Of a stretch of DNA of 64,000 bases, positions 61,921-64,000 are shown in pieces. Every line of letters starts with the position of its first letter. Position 1 is the first letter of the stretch. This stretch comes from Solirubrobacteraceae bacterium (GTDB taxonomy: Bacteria; Actinomycetota; Thermoleophilia; Solirubrobacterales; Solirubrobacteraceae), in NCBI GenBank assembly GCA_033856025.1, contig JAWVFQ010000030.1, forward strand, positions 4,239 to 68,238, given 5' to 3'. The notes under the pieces are model-generated. The model made no database searches, was not told where the DNA came from, and was given only the letters and a program-made list of their open reading frames with translations. The position numbers and the translations under genes were made by a program.

Positions 61921-62892
61921 ATGGCGGTCGGCTCCTTCATCTCCACCGGGCGCTCGCTCGACCAGGCCGTCGAGCGCGTGAAGCTGGCGGAGGAGCTGGG
62001 CTACGAGTCGGCCTACGTCACGCAGATCGCGGGGCGCGACGCGCTCACCGTCCTCACCGTCTATGCATTGAGCACGTCACGGATCCGGCTCGGGACCGGC
62101 ATCGTCCCGATCTACACGCGCACGCCGGCCACCATGGCCCAGCAGGCGCTCACGGTCGACGAGGTCTCGGGCGGGCGGCTGAACCTCGGCCTCGGCGTGT
62201 CGCACCGGCCGGTGGTCGAGGGCTGGTACGGCCAGCGGATCGACCGCCCGGTGCCGGAGGTCAAGGAGTACGTGGCGATCCTGCGCGCGATCGCGGCGGG
62301 CGACGAGCCGCCGGCCGGCGAGAAGTGGCAGACCGGCTTCCGGCTGGGCGGACTGGACCCGCGGCCGGAGCTGCGGATCTACCTGGCCGCACTCTCCCCC
62401 GCCATGCTGCGCGCGGTGGGCGAGGTGGCCGACGGCGTGGTCCTGTGGCTGTGCAACCCCGACTACATCCGCGACGTCGTCGTGCCCGAGCTGACCACGG
62501 GGCGCGAGCGGGCGGGCCGGTCGTTGGACGGGTTCGACATCGTGGCGGCGGTCCCGGCGGCGGTGGTGGAGGACCCGGCCGAGGCCTACGCCGCCATGCG
62601 CCGCGACCTGCTCACCTACTTCTCGCTGCCCTTCTACCGGGCGATGATCGAGCGCTCGGGCTTCGAGGCCGACATCGCGGCCTTCGACGAGGCGGCCGGC
62701 CGGGGCGACGCCGAGGCGATGGGCGCGGCGATCTCCGACGGGTTCCTGGAGCAGCTCACCGCGGTGGGCGACGAGGAGCGCGTGCGCGCCGGCGTCGCGC
62801 GCTACCAGGAGGCGGGCGCGACGTCGCCCTGCGTCGGGCCGATCCCCAAGACGGACTTCGAGGCGACGCTGCGCGCCGCCGCGCCTGGCTGA
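61921..62892 (+). CDS. LLM-class (luciferase-like) oxidoreductase, probably F420-dependent
   Basis: 323 aa. TIM-barrel LLM pattern (LGYESAYVTQ.., LGLGVSHRPVVEGWYG). The cofactor cannot be assigned by eye. Confidence 0.7.
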   Translation: MAVGSFISTGRSLDQAVERVKLAEELGYESAYVTQIAGRDALTVLTVYALSTSRIRLGTGIVPIYTRTPATMAQQALTVDEVSGGRLNLGLGVSHRPVVEGWYGQRIDRPVPEVKEYVAILRAIAAGDEPPAGEKWQTGFRLGGLDPRPELRIYLAALSPAMLRAVGEVADGVVLWLCNPDYIRDVVVPELTTGRERAGRSLDGFDIVAAVPAAVVEDPAEAYAAMRRDLLTYFSLPFYRAMIERSGFEADIAAFDEAAGRGDAEAMGAAISDGFLEQLTAVGDEERVRAGVARYQEAGATSPCVGPIPKTDFEATLRAAAPG

Positions 62893-62899
62893 CGCGGGC

Positions 62900-63343
62900 C
62901 TAGCGCTCCGTCTGCCCGGCCAGGTTGCGCGGCGGCGTCGGCGGCTGGCTCCCGGACAGGGCGGACACGCGCCAGTGCCCGCTCTGGCGGACGAGGCGCA
63001 TGGTGTCGCGCGAGGGCTGCTGTCCGGCGGCGGTCGTCGTGATGAGGGCCAGGGCGGTGTCCCCCTTGACCCTGACCCTGTCCACCTCGACCGCCGGCTG
63101 GATGACCTGGCCGAGCGCGCGCGAGAGAGCCTGGGGACAGGGCAGCCCGACGCTGCGCAGGCGGCCGACGAGCTCGCGGGCCAGGAGGTCGTCGCACAGC
63201 GCGGAGTAGTCCTTCTGGGCCGTGGCGCGCTCGAAGCGCGAGAGCGTGTCGCGGACCTGCTGCTCGTCGCTGCGGCCACAGGCCGCGGTGGTCGCCACGA
63301 GGGCCAGGAGGGCGAGCAGCGCGGCGATTCGGCGGAGCGCCAT
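62900..63343 (-). CDS. probable lipoprotein / secreted small protein
   Basis: 147 aa from the internal Met MALRRIAALLALLALVATTAAC. Confidence 0.6.
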   Translation of the reverse strand: MALRRIAALLALLALVATTAACGRSDEQQVRDTLSRFERATAQKDYSALCDDLLARELVGRLRSVGLPCPQALSRALGQVIQPAVEVDRVRVKGDTALALITTTAAGQQPSRDTMRLVRQSGHWRVSALSGSQPPTPPRNLAGQTER

Positions 63344-63367
63344 GGCCCGGAGGGTACCCTTCGCCGC

Positions 63368-64000
63368 ATGGCCCCCGAGCCGCTCGTCGACGGGCACGGC
63401 CGGCGGATCGGCGACGTTCGCCTGTCGGTGACCGACCGCTGCAACTTTCGCTGCCAGTACTGCATGCCGGCCGAGGGGCTGCCGTGGCTGGAGCGCGCCG
63501 ATGTCCTGTCGTTCGAGGAGATCGCGCGGGTGGTCGGCGTGCTGGCGTCGATGGGCGTCGGGGACGTCCGACTCACCGGGGGCGAGCCGCTCGTGCGCCG
63601 CGAGCTGCCGCGGCTGGTGGGGATGCTGCGAGGCGTCGACGGCGTGCGCGAGATCGCCCTGACCACGAACGGCTACCTGCTGGACCGCGATGCCGCCGCG
63701 CTGGTGGGCGCGGGCGTCGACCGCTTCAACGTCTCGATCGACTCGCTCCAGCGCGACCGCTTCTTCGCCATGACGCGCCGCGACGCGCTGCCCCAGGTGC
63801 TGCGCGGTCTGGCCGCGCTGGCGGCGTTCCCCGAGGCCCACCCGATCAAGGTCAACGCGGTGGCCATGCGCGGGTTCACCGAGGAGGAGGTGCTGCCCTT
63901 CGCCGAGTTCGCGCGCTCGGAGCCCTACGAGGTGCGCTTCATCGAGTTCATGCCGCTGGACGCCGACCAGGCGTGGACGCCCGACGCCGTCCTGTCGGGG
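63368..64000 (+). CDS. moaA: GTP 3,8-cyclase MoaA, N-terminal 211 codons (runs off the right edge)
   Basis: Own translation; not in the ORF track because there is no stop in the window. CNFRCQYCMP radical-SAM cluster, plus GGEPLVRREL and TTNG motifs. Confidence 0.88.
   Translation, partial: MAPEPLVDGHGRRIGDVRLSVTDRCNFRCQYCMPAEGLPWLERADVLSFEEIARVVGVLASMGVGDVRLTGGEPLVRRELPRLVGMLRGVDGVREIALTTNGYLLDRDAAALVGAGVDRFNVSIDSLQRDRFFAMTRRDALPQVLRGLAALAAFPEAHPIKVNAVAMRGFTEEEVLPFAEFARSEPYEVRFIEFMPLDADQAWTPDAVLSG

Noticed and set aside
59275-62892. Secondary-metabolite gene cluster around the P450, the LLM oxidoreductase and small ORFs (for example a RiPP).
   Set aside because: There is no core biosynthetic enzyme (PKS, NRPS, terpene synthase, YcaO, lanthipeptide synthetase, or radical-SAM maturase other than moaA). 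The micro-ORF is a hydrophobic membrane-type peptide rather than a leader-core precursor.

Overview
All calls below are from reading the sequence and the ORF track by eye. No database search or computation was run, and start codons are inferred. The window is very GC-rich (roughly 70% or more by eye, not computed) and almost fully coding. It looks like a chromosomal segment from a high-GC Gram-positive, actinobacterial-type organism (possibly Thermoleophilia-like, unverified). I call 68 CDS. I see no rRNA, tRNA, CRISPR array, transposase or integrase. Genes are packed tightly: at least 17 co-directional junctions are 4-nt ATGA/GTGA start/stop overlaps, and 4 of 8 convergent gene pairs share a palindromic CTAG as both stop codons. 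Many long Arg/Ala/Gly/Pro-rich ORFs in the track are alternate-frame artefacts of the GC content. Recognisable content includes: lipid and acyl-CoA metabolism (desaturase, acyl-CoA dehydrogenase, 3-hydroxyacyl-CoA dehydrogenase, enoyl-CoA hydratase); an ECF sigma factor coupled to ogt; trxB inside a membrane-lipid-type gene array; asnB; a complete F420 biosynthesis set (npdG-cofD-cofC-cofE, convergent with fbiC); a DtxR-family regulator with mntH; ygfZ; a MarR-MFS pair; ccr; an Ecm/MeaA-like B12 acyl-CoA mutase with meaB; clpS; ALDH and GMC oxidoreductases; a vapBC toxin-antitoxin pair; a P450; an LLM oxidoreductase; and the start of moaA. The most interesting observations are: (1) vapBC lies between two perfect 28-bp direct repeats, and removing one repeat unit restores an ATGA-coupled junction between its neighbours, which looks like an insertion with a reconstructable empty site; (2) a six-gene, translationally coupled envelope cluster mixing active and apparently dead proteases with a cytosolic nucleotidyltransferase-fold protein; (3) a C26 gamma-glutamyl hydrolase plus gamma-glutamylcyclotransferase-like operon divergent from the F420 operon; (4) clpS coupled to a channel-like RCK protein with tandem RyR domains; (5) a less GC-rich non-coding island holding a small ORF whose RBS and start sit in a hairpin. 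I cannot claim that any of these is an established novel system. Each needs homology and neighbourhood searches.
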